A DNA stretch of 64,000 bases from Candidatus Eiseniibacteriota bacterium (GTDB lineage: Bacteria; Joyebacterota; Joyebacteria; Joyebacterales; Joyebacteraceae). Below, piece by piece: positions 55,151 to 64,000 of this stretch. The notes under the pieces are model-generated. The model was not told the DNA's origin. It searched no databases and was given only the letters and a program-made list of their open reading frames with translations. The stretch lies in contig JAUXGN010000007.1 of the NCBI GenBank assembly GCA_030622115.1, forward strand, positions 4,547-68,546. The letters are read 5' to 3'. The translations under genes were made by a program, and so were the position numbers. Numbering within the stretch: position 1 is the first letter of the stretch; each line of letters starts with the position of its first letter.

Positions 55151-56935
55151 CTACTCGATATAGCCCAGCGATCTGAGTTGCTCCTTGATCGATTCGTCCA
55201 TCGTCGAACCAAGTTCCGTGCTCTCTCTGGCGACTGCCGCGTCGTAGCTCGCAACCGAACACAGAGGATAACGCGCAAGATGCTCGGGACTGATCGTCTC
55301 ACGCAGAATGCGACCATCCATGTCGTCGGGCACCGCCAGACCGAGCACCGCGAGGCAAGTCGGAGCGATATCGAGGATTGTTGCGTCGTCGAAGCGACCC
55401 AGCATCCTGAAGGCGGGTCCGGCGCCTATGACGACACCCTGTCTGTGATGCATCCCGGTGAGCTGAGGCATCCTGGGGTTGAGTTCCAGCCGTGGTTGGA
55501 AGCCGTGGTCTGAGACCAGAAGCACATTCGTGTCATCCCCCACTGATTCCAACAACCTGCCCAGCAGGCGATCCGTGTATCTGTAGTAGTTCGGGATGAC
55601 ATCTCTGTAGCTGGTGACATCTTCCGGCGTCACAGTTCCGAATGGTTCCGGATCCGAATACTGCCAGAAGAAATGCTGCACGAAGTCGATGCCCCTGAGA
55701 TAGACCGCCGAGAAATCCGGGTCGTACTGCGGGATGAAGAAGCCTGCGACACCGGCGTATATCTCGTCCCTCAGATATCCCCATCTCAGTGGCTCGTCGA
55801 CGATTCTGTTCTGCTGGTAGCGCTTGTCATCCTTGTCAAAGCGCTTGTAGCCGGGGTCGAACGCAAACGAGCCGAATGAGCGAAGTCGCTCGTTTGTCGG
55901 CTGCCCCTGGATCGTATGCAGGAACTGCAAGGGACCTCTCAGAAGCGAATGGACGCGGTCTGAGACCATGAAGCCGTTCACGTCGTCGGCCGGCCACGTC
56001 ACGTACCACCCGGTCACACCCACGACTCCGCCGTGGCCCGAGACTATCTCCCATACGGCAGGCGCGCTTCTCATTGCCGCATTGACGGGAACACCGTTGA
56101 GATCCACGAAGCCCAGAATCCCATGTTTCTCGGGGACTTTACCCGTGGCTATTGTTGTCCATATCCTAGGCGATATCATCGGCTCCGTTGTGAGCAGGGA
56201 ACCGTGCCAACCGCGCTCCATCAGTCTCTGGAAGTTCGGTAGCTCTCCGGCTTCAACCAGAGGCCCGAGCATCTCCCAATCGCACCCGTCCACGCCGATC
56301 ACGATGAGGCGCGGCATCTCGGGTCGCGCCTCCCCGGCAGAGAGCGAGAAGCTCGGGCGCGCCCGGGATCGCAAGCCCGGGCCTATCGCCGGCACCAGAA
56401 GAGCGATCATAACGGAGACAAGTCCGATGGTGCGTATTCCTGTCGTGGTGAATGCGCTTCTCAGAAGCACAAGGAGACGAATGACAAGAAACGCCACCAC
56501 CAGACCAAGCACGAGACCTCCGACAAGCACAAGACCCGCCCCGATTATGTTGAGCTGGAAGGTTGTCAGCGTGCCTGCGCGAACAAACGTCTCCGAGCCC
56601 TTCACCGGCAGGAAGGTGAGCGTCGAAAACACCCACGCCGTCACCGTCATCATGGTGAAGACGAGGCGACTCTCAGCGCGGGAGATGTCGCGCTTCTTCA
56701 ATAGACCAAACAGCATTGGCAGGAGCGCGAGTAGCCCGATCAGAAGGTAGCAGAGCAAAGAGACGGCGATGATGGGAACGATCTGCTTCGGAGCAAGAGC
56801 GATAGTGAAATTGCTCGTGCGCACGCCGAAAATCCCCAGATACGCGCCAATGGCGACGGCAAAGGCCAGCGCGAAAAGAGGAAGGCGGATCAGAATCGAT
56901 CTCATCCCCGTTGCCGTCTGCTTCGTGCGTCTCAT
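55151..56935 (-). CDS. membrane-anchored alkaline-phosphatase-superfamily enzyme (type I phosphodiesterase/nucleotide pyrophosphatase family)
   Basis: N-terminal ~9 TM helices, then an AP-superfamily domain (IVIGVDGCDW...T..TG.VP..HGI...LVSDHGF). C-terminus ...LRSLGYIE is shared with the paralogue at 58072..59484. Confidence 0.6.
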   Translation of the reverse strand: MRRTKQTATGMRSILIRLPLFALAFAVAIGAYLGIFGVRTSNFTIALAPKQIVPIIAVSLLCYLLIGLLALLPMLFGLLKKRDISRAESRLVFTMMTVTAWVFSTLTFLPVKGSETFVRAGTLTTFQLNIIGAGLVLVGGLVLGLVVAFLVIRLLVLLRSAFTTTGIRTIGLVSVMIALLVPAIGPGLRSRARPSFSLSAGEARPEMPRLIVIGVDGCDWEMLGPLVEAGELPNFQRLMERGWHGSLLTTEPMISPRIWTTIATGKVPEKHGILGFVDLNGVPVNAAMRSAPAVWEIVSGHGGVVGVTGWYVTWPADDVNGFMVSDRVHSLLRGPLQFLHTIQGQPTNERLRSFGSFAFDPGYKRFDKDDKRYQQNRIVDEPLRWGYLRDEIYAGVAGFFIPQYDPDFSAVYLRGIDFVQHFFWQYSDPEPFGTVTPEDVTSYRDVIPNYYRYTDRLLGRLLESVGDDTNVLLVSDHGFQPRLELNPRMPQLTGMHHRQGVVIGAGPAFRMLGRFDDATILDIAPTCLAVLGLAVPDDMDGRILRETISPEHLARYPLCSVASYDAAVARESTELGSTMDESIKEQLRSLGYIE

Positions 56936-56939
56936 CTCA

Positions 56940-58079
56940 CTACCCCTCGGACCCCAGCGTTTCGACCAACGCCGCGAAGACCTCGTCCACGCCTATGGCG
57001 TCCATGCAGGATGGACTGATGTCGCACGATCTGCGATAACACGGCGCACAGTCGAGCGTTGTCAGCACTTTGGAGCCAAGACCGAACAACCCTATCTCCT
57101 GGTGAACGGTCGGTCCAAAGAGTGCCACGACCGGCACTCGTAGTGCCACAGCGATGTGAAGAGCCATTGTGTCGCCCGTAACAAGAGCGTCCAGCTTGCC
57201 CACGATCGCCGCGAAGTCCATGAGCGCGTGGTGTCCACCGGCGATGGCCGCTCCCTGCGATAGCGCAACGACCTCAGCTATGGCATTCTCTTCATCAGGG
57301 CCACCCAGGATCAGAGCGGTACCTCCGAGATCGCGGGTGATGCGTCCGGCAAGAGCCGCATAGCCGGGTGGCGTCCACGCCTTGTTCGCGAAGACCCGAC
57401 CTGCGCCCACATTGAGGCCGACCAGGGGCGTTCCCACGTCGAGTTCCCTGACGAATCTGTTGGCGTACTCTATGGACTCATCCGGGAGCACAAGCACGTA
57501 TGGCTCGCCCGCGAAGTCCACTTCTGCGATCTCGCAGAAGATCTCAGGATATGTCTTCTTGTTCTCGTTGAATTTCCTGTCATCCGACAGTCCAAGGTCA
57601 AGATCGTACCCGGCTCCAGCGCTCACGGGCTCGGTCGTCCCCCACTCCGAGAGGCCGAAACCCAGCTTGCGCTCGGCCTTGATCAGATTCATGAGGGCGC
57701 CCGCCCGCGGCTCCTTGTCGAGGCAGATGGCCACGTCGAAGCCCTGAGCCAGGAGAGTCAGTGTGCCCTCGAATCCGAAAGCCACCGCTCGATCGATGTA
57801 CGGGTTCAAGCTAATGAGTGGCAGCGCATTCGCGTCCGTCACCCAAGTGACGTGTGATTCCGGGTACTTCCGCTTCAGCGGCTCCAGGATCGATGTCGTG
57901 CGCAGAACGTCTCCAGCCGCGGCGAGCTTGATAATGAGAAGCCTTGTTCCCACGGGCTGATAGTGGGTACACGCATCGCACTCTCCGCCCCAGCGGCAGG
58001 GTCGATCACCCAAGTAGAGCCTGCAGTCGAATCGCACCGTCTTTGCCATCAGATTCCTCCGATCACCGCGACTACTCAA
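56940..58079 (-). CDS. glycosyltransferase family 9 (LPS heptosyltransferase-like) with Cys-rich N- and C-terminal extensions
   Basis: GT9 core (LIIKLAAAGDVL...GTALILGGP...GDTMALHIAVAL). N-terminus CRLYLGDRPCRWGGECDAC and C-terminus CAPCYRRSCDISPSC each carry 4-5 Cys. Confidence 0.8.
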   Translation of the reverse strand: MSSRGDRRNLMAKTVRFDCRLYLGDRPCRWGGECDACTHYQPVGTRLLIIKLAAAGDVLRTTSILEPLKRKYPESHVTWVTDANALPLISLNPYIDRAVAFGFEGTLTLLAQGFDVAICLDKEPRAGALMNLIKAERKLGFGLSEWGTTEPVSAGAGYDLDLGLSDDRKFNENKKTYPEIFCEIAEVDFAGEPYVLVLPDESIEYANRFVRELDVGTPLVGLNVGAGRVFANKAWTPPGYAALAGRITRDLGGTALILGGPDEENAIAEVVALSQGAAIAGGHHALMDFAAIVGKLDALVTGDTMALHIAVALRVPVVALFGPTVHQEIGLFGLGSKVLTTLDCAPCYRRSCDISPSCMDAIGVDEVFAALVETLGSEG

Positions 58080-59484
58080 TGTAGCCGAGCGACCTCAGCT
58101 TCTCCCGGATGCCCTCATCAATCGGTGACTCGATAGGGAACTCACTTCCGAGCGCTTCCCCTGTCTCATACGTGGGAATCCACACAACCGGGTGACCGCT
58201 CAAGAACGTCTCCTCGAAGCAATCGGTCAGGGGGCGTCCGTCCATATCCTGAGCTGCCGGCAGTCCGAGGTATGCCAGAAGGGTCGGTGTCACATCGACT
58301 ACCGATCCCTCATCCTCTATAAGGTGTCCGGCCTTTACTCCCGGACCGGCGAAGATGATGACTCCATCGATGCCATGGTCCCAGGGGACATCCTTGCCCC
58401 CCTCCTCCGTGCGGATCCTCTCCCCACGTTCCCAGCGGACCTTGAGGTCTTTCTTCGTCTCGAAGCCGTGGTCCGAGACCAGAAGAATGGCCGTATCCTC
58501 ATCGACGACCTCCAGATAGCGTCCTATTGTTCTGTCGATGAAGGCGTAGTAGTTCTTCACGACGCGTCCGTACATACGTGCGTCGTCCGCTCTGACCGCG
58601 AATCCCTCGTCCTCCTGATAGCCCCAGTAGTAGTGCGAAACAACGTCGGTTCCCTGCAAGTACACGGCGAAGACGTCCGGTTGCTCCTTCACCAGGAAGT
58701 GCAGCCCGGCATCGGCGAAGGTCTTATCCTTCGCGAAGACCCAGCGTGCATGGAACTGTCTGGCGGGGTCGGTGAAACGGGAATCTGCGAAGAACTGGTT
58801 GAGTTCTCCCACGGTGACATCCTCCTCGGTCACTATGAAAGCCTCAAACTCCTCGTAGAGCGACTCAGGCCACGTCCGTCCCGGGAAGTCATCCGTGATG
58901 AGTCGTCCTTTGGCGTCACGCGCCGCCCCGAATGGGATGCCGTGCAGGCTCCAGTTCACGGGCCATGCTCTCTGCGCGATCATGAATCCCTTGACTTCAT
59001 CGACGGGCCAGCTTGGCCACCACCCCACAATGCCGACCGAGATATCCCTCTCGGTGAGGATGTTCCAGAACGCTTTGACTCGGCGCATGTTGTTCGTTAC
59101 CGGGACCTCTTTGGTCCCCCCAGGCAGTTCAGCTACGAATCGTGTGATGCCGTGCCGCTCGGGAACGACGCCCGTCGCGATGCTGGTCCACATCTGAGGA
59201 GACTGGATCGGAACGCCGCTCTTCAGAACGCCGTACGACCCCCGATGCAGGAGGTTCGCGATGTTGGGGAGTTCCCCCGCCTGGAGCATGGGTGTGAGTG
59301 TATTCCAGTTCGCGGCATCGATCGCGAAGATGACGAGCCTGGTCGAGGCCGATCTCACGTCCTCTTCCGGACTCGAACACCCCGCCAAGATGCAGACAGA
59401 GAGTGCCGCGCCAAGAAGGAGAATGGCGGCAGCAGAGAGGAGCCGTCTAGCCATATCTGTTTGTCCTTCCCTTCCTTCCCACAA
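58072..59484 (-). CDS. lipoprotein of alkaline-phosphatase superfamily (type I phosphodiesterase/nucleotide pyrophosphatase family), paralogue of 55151..56935
   Basis: Signal peptide with lipobox LAGC. AP-superfamily motifs (VIFAIDAANW...TGVVPERHGI...LVSDHGF). Shared C-terminus ...LRSLGYIE. Confidence 0.6.
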   Translation of the reverse strand: MWEGREGQTDMARRLLSAAAILLLGAALSVCILAGCSSPEEDVRSASTRLVIFAIDAANWNTLTPMLQAGELPNIANLLHRGSYGVLKSGVPIQSPQMWTSIATGVVPERHGITRFVAELPGGTKEVPVTNNMRRVKAFWNILTERDISVGIVGWWPSWPVDEVKGFMIAQRAWPVNWSLHGIPFGAARDAKGRLITDDFPGRTWPESLYEEFEAFIVTEEDVTVGELNQFFADSRFTDPARQFHARWVFAKDKTFADAGLHFLVKEQPDVFAVYLQGTDVVSHYYWGYQEDEGFAVRADDARMYGRVVKNYYAFIDRTIGRYLEVVDEDTAILLVSDHGFETKKDLKVRWERGERIRTEEGGKDVPWDHGIDGVIIFAGPGVKAGHLIEDEGSVVDVTPTLLAYLGLPAAQDMDGRPLTDCFEETFLSGHPVVWIPTYETGEALGSEFPIESPIDEGIREKLRSLGYIE

Positions 59485-60400
59485 TGTCGAAGGCGCTTCG
59501 CAGGACCGCCGAGACGTTGTCGCGTCTCCTCGTCACGAGTCCCTTCAACATGAAACCGACCGTCCTCACCGCCGTTAGCGGGATGATGCCGATCCAGTGA
59601 TACGGACGCGCGTAGCGTTTGAAGAAGACCATGGTGCTCATGATACGATGGTATATCTTGTACGGTGTCAGTCCTCCACCGGAACTCGTCGAAACCTTGT
59701 GCCAGAGATGGGCAGACGGTACGACGAGACACGTGAGACCAAGCCTCCTGGCCCTGACACACCAGTCCGTGTCCTCGTTGTACATGTGGTAGTGCTCATC
59801 AAGATACCCTACGGAATCGAGTGTCGCCACCGGCACCAGAAGCGCGCATCCAGTGAGGTAGTCGACCTCCATAACGCGTTCGTACTGTCCCGTGTCACGA
59901 TCTCTCAGGCCAAGATGTCGAATCCTCCCGCTCCAGAAAGAGATGCTTCCTCCCATGGACCAGATGAGATCAGGCGGATCGTGATAGTAGATCTTCGGGC
60001 CAAGCAGGGCAGCGTCCTGCCGGCTCTCGGCAACACGGACTAGCTCGGATACGGCATCCGGCGCGATCTCGATGTCGTTGTTGAGAAGAAGCACGTAGTC
60101 GGCTCCGCTCTCGACAGCCTTTCGCAATCCGGCATTGGCGCCGCCCGCATACCTCAGATTGTCACCGGTCTCCACAAGATGAACGGCGCCGAACGAACGT
60201 CTGATGAAATCGGGTGACCCGTCAGTCGACGCATTATCCATGACGAGCGTCGTGAGGTTCTCGTATGCGGACCTTTCCAGAGACCGGAGGCAGTCGCCTA
60301 TGACATCCATGCCGTTCCAGTTGATGATAACCGCGTAGACGGACGGTGTGCTCACGCTGTCTGCTTTCTGCCATCCGGCGCTACGCGCTCTCCATCTCAA
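59447..60400 (-). CDS. glycosyltransferase family 2
   Basis: VYAVIINWNG...DNASTDGS...DED-type motifs (GT-A fold); 317 aa. Confidence 0.8.
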   Translation of the reverse strand: MRWRARSAGWQKADSVSTPSVYAVIINWNGMDVIGDCLRSLERSAYENLTTLVMDNASTDGSPDFIRRSFGAVHLVETGDNLRYAGGANAGLRKAVESGADYVLLLNNDIEIAPDAVSELVRVAESRQDAALLGPKIYYHDPPDLIWSMGGSISFWSGRIRHLGLRDRDTGQYERVMEVDYLTGCALLVPVATLDSVGYLDEHYHMYNEDTDWCVRARRLGLTCLVVPSAHLWHKVSTSSGGGLTPYKIYHRIMSTMVFFKRYARPYHWIGIIPLTAVRTVGFMLKGLVTRRRDNVSAVLRSAFDIVGRKGRTNRYG

Positions 60401-61577
60401 TGAAATCTCGGATGGCCCGTCTCATGAGTTCTCCGGCGCGGTCTCGTCGCGCCTCGTTCTCCACATTGGAGCGCATGGCTTCCCCCTCTCCGCTTGTGAA
60501 GAAGCGCACTATGGCTTGGGCGAGAGCCTCTGAATCACACGGATCAACAATATAGCCCGTTACCCCATCCGCCACCACTTCCGGCAATCCCCCTACATTC
60601 GTACTGACAACTGGCAGGCCAAAGGCATAGGCGATCTGGGTGATTCCACTCTGAGTCGCCGAAACGTACGGCAGCACAACAAGGTCGGCGGCCTCGAAAT
60701 ACCTCCCCACAGCCTCGTCGGGAACATGCTCTGCAACCACGGTCACTCGCTGCCTGATCCCCAGGGCGTCTATCAGCCTCTCGTAGCGGTCCCTGTCATC
60801 GTAGAATTCCCCTACGATCAGGAGTTCCACATCAGCCAGCTTGAAGACCGCCGGCATCGCCTGGAGCAAGTACTTGAGTCCCTTGTAGTCCCGGACATAG
60901 CCGAAGAAGAGAACGATCGGTCGCTTGAGATGAAGCTCTTCCTTGAGTGAGGTTGCTTCACCCCCGCCGACCGCCGCGTACTCGCTCTGATAGCAGTCGT
61001 ATATGGGTAGAGCAGCCTGTCTCAAGGGAACACCGGGAAAAAGCGCCTGGATCCGGCTCGCCACAACACTGGAGAGAACGAGGAAGTAGTCGGCGCTTGA
61101 GAGCGCGAAGCGAGTCAGGAATCTGTCCACGAATCGATTTTCATGGGAGACTACATTCTCGGCCACGAAGACGATTCCGGCGCCCGTCCACCTTCTCACA
61201 AGTCGTGCGATCACACCCAGGGCCGGTCCGAAGAACGGGTTCCACCATGTGAAGATGACCAGATCAGGACGTCTGGCAGGCAGCGCCATCCAGCGGGCCG
61301 CCCGTACCCAGCTCAGGGGGTTGATCGAGTCGACAAGCTGTCTTGATGCCGTCGTCTTCACCGGGTTCCGACTCAGGTTCATCTGCGTCTTCCCGGGGAA
61401 GAGAAGAGACGGGTAGAGGCGGCTGTAGGAAACGACGTAGACATCGTGATCCGAGCTGAGACTATCCACAAGATGGGCGACAAAGAGCGCATTGCCTCCT
61501 CGTAGTGGGTAGGCCGGGCCGACTATGGCCACGCGGGCCCCGGCTCCTTCATCAAGCGGTGTAGTCTTGTTGCTCAT
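60381..61577 (-). CDS. glycosyltransferase family 4 (GT-B)
   Basis: Typical GT4 C-terminal motif (LPYVSATQSGITQIAYAFGLPVVSTNVGGLPE); 398 aa. Confidence 0.8.
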   Translation of the reverse strand: MSNKTTPLDEGAGARVAIVGPAYPLRGGNALFVAHLVDSLSSDHDVYVVSYSRLYPSLLFPGKTQMNLSRNPVKTTASRQLVDSINPLSWVRAARWMALPARRPDLVIFTWWNPFFGPALGVIARLVRRWTGAGIVFVAENVVSHENRFVDRFLTRFALSSADYFLVLSSVVASRIQALFPGVPLRQAALPIYDCYQSEYAAVGGGEATSLKEELHLKRPIVLFFGYVRDYKGLKYLLQAMPAVFKLADVELLIVGEFYDDRDRYERLIDALGIRQRVTVVAEHVPDEAVGRYFEAADLVVLPYVSATQSGITQIAYAFGLPVVSTNVGGLPEVVADGVTGYIVDPCDSEALAQAIVRFFTSGEGEAMRSNVENEARRDRAGELMRRAIRDFIEMESA

Positions 61578-61643
61578 TCGATGATCCTTGAGAGGATTCC
61601 GTAACGACGCAGGCGCAAGCCGGACAGTGATGCGGATCCTGCG

Positions 61644-62588
61644 CTAGCCGGTGGCGTCGCCACGACGCACCAGTCGCGCACGGATCGGATAGTCCATGTC
61701 GTCGCTGCGCAGATTGGCCAGCATCTCGCCCAGAAGTCCGAATGAAACGATCTGCACACCAAGGACCATGAGGAGAATCCCGAAAGTCAACAGCGGTCTC
61801 CTGCCTATCGCACCACCGGCGATCTTAACGACCGTCAGATAGACGCCGATTCCGAATCCGCCCGCGAAAAGAGCGGCGCCAAGTGTGCCGAACAGGTGAA
61901 GGGGTCTCATGATATAGCGCCTCAAGAACAGCACGGTCAGGAGATCGAAGAAGCCCTTAAGAAACCGCTCGGCGCCGAATTTCGAGTGACCGAAACGCCG
62001 GGGGTGATGTCGCACCGGAACCTCCGTGACAGAGAACCCGGCGAAGTGTGCGAGAACGGGCGTGTAGCGGTGGAGTTCACCATAGACCTTGATCGTCTTC
62101 ACAACTTCTCGTCTGTAGGCCTTGAGGCCGCAGTTCATGTCGTGAAGGTGCACACCTGACACGAGCCCGGTGGTCCAGTTGAATACCTTGGAGGGAAGGC
62201 GTTTCGAAAGGGGATCCTTCCTCTCTCTCTTCCAGCCCGAGACAAGATCGAATCCGTCGTCAAGGCGTTTGAGCATCTGTGGAATCTCGGCCGGATCATC
62301 CTGGAGGTCAGCGTCCATTGTGATCACGATCTGTCCCGAGGCCTCTTTGAATCCGACCGACATGGCGGCGGACTTGCCTAGATTGCGACCAAACGCTATC
62401 ACGCCGACATTCTCATATTCACCATGGAGTTGCTCGAGAATCTCCATGGAGGAGTCGGTACTCCCGTCGTTCACGAAGAGAATTTCCCAGCTCCGATCGA
62501 GAGGTGACATGCCTGCCTGCACGGCCTTGTAGAGTTCACGAAGGCTCTCTTCCTCGTTGTAGAGCGGTACCAGAATCGTGACATCCAT
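61644..62588 (-). CDS. polyprenol-phosphate glycosyltransferase (GtrB/ArnC-like GT2 with C-terminal TM anchor)
   Basis: MDVTILVPLYNEEE...VNDGSTD...DADLQDDP plus two C-terminal TM helices, the architecture of the GtrB/ArnC family. Confidence 0.8.
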   Translation of the reverse strand: MDVTILVPLYNEEESLRELYKAVQAGMSPLDRSWEILFVNDGSTDSSMEILEQLHGEYENVGVIAFGRNLGKSAAMSVGFKEASGQIVITMDADLQDDPAEIPQMLKRLDDGFDLVSGWKRERKDPLSKRLPSKVFNWTTGLVSGVHLHDMNCGLKAYRREVVKTIKVYGELHRYTPVLAHFAGFSVTEVPVRHHPRRFGHSKFGAERFLKGFFDLLTVLFLRRYIMRPLHLFGTLGAALFAGGFGIGVYLTVVKIAGGAIGRRPLLTFGILLMVLGVQIVSFGLLGEMLANLRSDDMDYPIRARLVRRGDATG

Positions 62589-62627
62589 CTTGATGATCTC
62601 CCATGTCGGGAACGTCGGTGACGGAAG

Positions 62628-63566
62628 CTAGAGGGATCTCAGCCACTCGAACTCGCGGGCCAATCCCTCCTCCAGCCCGACCGAGGGGGCGAATCCCAGC
62701 TCGGCTCGCGCCTTGCTGCTGTCTGCAAGCGTATCTCTCACGTCGCCCTTCTGCGAAGCTCCGTGAAGCCGCTCGATCTTCATCCCCATCACGCGCTCCA
62801 GCGTGTCGATGGCCTCGTTCAGGGACACACGGCTCCCGCCGCCCAAGTTGAAAACCTCTCCGGGAGGTCCCTTCTCCAGCGCACTCACTACTCCGTCGAC
62901 GATATCGTCTATGAACGTGAAATCGCGTGTCTGCCTTCCGTCTCCGTATACCTCGATAGGGCGTCCCGAGAGTGCGGCCGAGATGAACCTGTTGAAGGCC
63001 ATATCCGGTCGCTGTCTTGGACCGTACACCGTGAAGAATCTGAGCGACACGGTGGGCAGGCGATAGTTCCTGTGGTAGAGCACCGCAAGGTGTTCTCCGG
63101 CGAGTTTCGTGACGCCGTACGGCGAAACCGGGCGCGTTGTCCCCCCCTCGCGCATCGGGAGATCGTCAGTATCACCGTAGACCGACGATGAGGAGGCGTA
63201 GACGAAGCGGGCGAGTGATCTTTCTTTGCAAGCCTCCAGAAGGCGCTGCGTAGCCGTGATGTTGCAATCCGTGTAGGTCTCAAAGCTTCTGCCCCAGCTT
63301 GCTCGCACGCCCGCCTGGGCCGCAAGATGGCAGACCGCGTCGACATCCTTGAGGACGGAATCGAGATCAGAAGTTGATAGATCAAGCTCATCCAGTACGA
63401 AACGGTGGTTCTCCATGAGCCCGGACAGGTTCTTCTCTTTCAGGGATCTGGCGTAGTAGTTCGTGAACGAGTCGACCCCGCGAACCGAATCGCCGCGCTC
63501 TATCAGGCGCTCGGCCACGTGCGATCCGATGAAACCAGCCACGCCGGTCACGAGATAGTTTGCCAT
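62628..63566 (-). CDS. NAD-dependent nucleotide-sugar epimerase (UDP-glucuronate/UDP-GlcNAc 4-epimerase-like SDR)
   Basis: MANYLVTGVAGFIGSH (GxxGxxG) and YxxxK SDR catalytic residues; 312 aa. Confidence 0.85.
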   Translation of the reverse strand: MANYLVTGVAGFIGSHVAERLIERGDSVRGVDSFTNYYARSLKEKNLSGLMENHRFVLDELDLSTSDLDSVLKDVDAVCHLAAQAGVRASWGRSFETYTDCNITATQRLLEACKERSLARFVYASSSSVYGDTDDLPMREGGTTRPVSPYGVTKLAGEHLAVLYHRNYRLPTVSLRFFTVYGPRQRPDMAFNRFISAALSGRPIEVYGDGRQTRDFTFIDDIVDGVVSALEKGPPGEVFNLGGGSRVSLNEAIDTLERVMGMKIERLHGASQKGDVRDTLADSSKARAELGFAPSVGLEEGLAREFEWLRSL

Positions 63567-63573
63567 TCTTCCC

Positions 63574-64000
63574 CTACCCTCCCTCCAGGTTGTTCCCGAC
63601 CCCTCGGAAGCTCTCAGTCACCCTGATGCTCATCGCCGCGAAGGACGCAAGACCGACACCGGTGACAAGGAGGCCCGTGAGAACATGGGCCACCAGCATA
63701 AGGGCCGTGACCTCGGCGCGCACCATCCCGAGCCCACCGGCGAATATGAGCCCCATGATAGCCTCGTTGTAGCCTATCTGTGCCGGCGGGGTTGGGAAAA
63801 TGTACGAGAGCGATATCAGAGTATACCCGAAGAGAACTGTTGGGAAAGCCACATCGATGGAGAAGGCGCGAAACATCAGGAAGAAATAGAGCGCATCCAG
63901 TATCACCGCACTGCCGGTGAGGGCCAGAAGCGACCAGAGACTCCGCGCGTTCGCCCTGGCCACACTCAGTCCGTCCACGAAGAGACTGATCCAGGAAGAC
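63574..64000 (-). CDS. C-terminal part of a polytopic membrane protein (flippase-like/lysylphosphatidylglycerol-synthase-TM-region-like); gene continues beyond the window end
   Basis: 4-5 TM helices in the visible 134+ aa. It lies adjacent to the GtrB-like GT2, a common pairing. The N-terminus lies beyond position 64000. Confidence 0.4.
   Translation of the reverse strand, partial: SSWISLFVDGLSVARANARSLWSLLALTGSAVILDALYFFLMFRAFSIDVAFPTVLFGYTLISLSYIFPTPPAQIGYNEAIMGLIFAGGLGMVRAEVTALMLVAHVLTGLLVTGVGLASFAAMSIRVTESFRGVGNNLEGG

Noticed and set aside
1-64000. CRISPR arrays, rRNA genes, insertion sequences, integrases, toxin-antitoxin or defence-system genes
   Set aside because: I scanned for direct-repeat arrays, transposase/integrase motifs and nuclease/ATPase defence signatures. 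The only repeats seen were short hairpins and the coding GAR repeat in ftsK, and no candidate was found.

Overview
High-GC (roughly 60%) bacterial chromosomal segment. About 60 of the 62 recognisable genes lie on the minus strand; only a lipoprotein/outer-membrane-barrel pair at 28.9-30.8 kb is on the plus strand. Reading the minus strand from the window end to its start: (i) a ~24 kb cell-envelope glycan biosynthesis locus (40.1-64 kb) with GT2, GT4 and GT9 transferases, a nucleotide-sugar dehydratase/aminotransferase/FemAB-like module, a polyprenol-phosphate-sugar synthase plus GT-C-like membrane proteins, a GT2-phosphoglycosyltransferase fusion, a flippase and two paralogous alkaline-phosphatase-superfamily enzymes. 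(ii) a compact bacterial microcompartment (BMC) operon (33.1-39.6 kb): PduL phosphotransacylase, two BMC-H, three BMC-P, a CoA-acylating aldehyde dehydrogenase, PduS-like Fe-S flavoprotein, PduT-like Fe-S BMC-T shell protein and a class II (fuculose/rhamnulose-phosphate-type) aldolase carrying a C-terminal encapsulation peptide. This is a PVM-like aldolase metabolosome, here with a PduS/PduT redox pair and no alcohol dehydrogenase, the most interesting system in the window. (iii) housekeeping blocks: sppA, HU, a PilZ protein, TPR/lipoprotein genes, efp-accB-accC, comB-like phosphatase, ftsK with a polyacidic tail overlapping a lolA-like gene, rimO, radC-mreBCD-mrdA-rodA, lgt, comF, and a glycolytic operon pfk-fba-gap-pgk-tpiA-secG-tRNA-Leu in which the PFK carries PPi-type signature residues. 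Two secreted proteins end in T9SS-type/FlgD-like C-terminal sorting domains, suggesting a Gram-negative FCB-group or candidate-phylum organism (speculative). Several genes use GTG/TTG starts. No CRISPR array, rRNA gene or obvious mobile element was seen.
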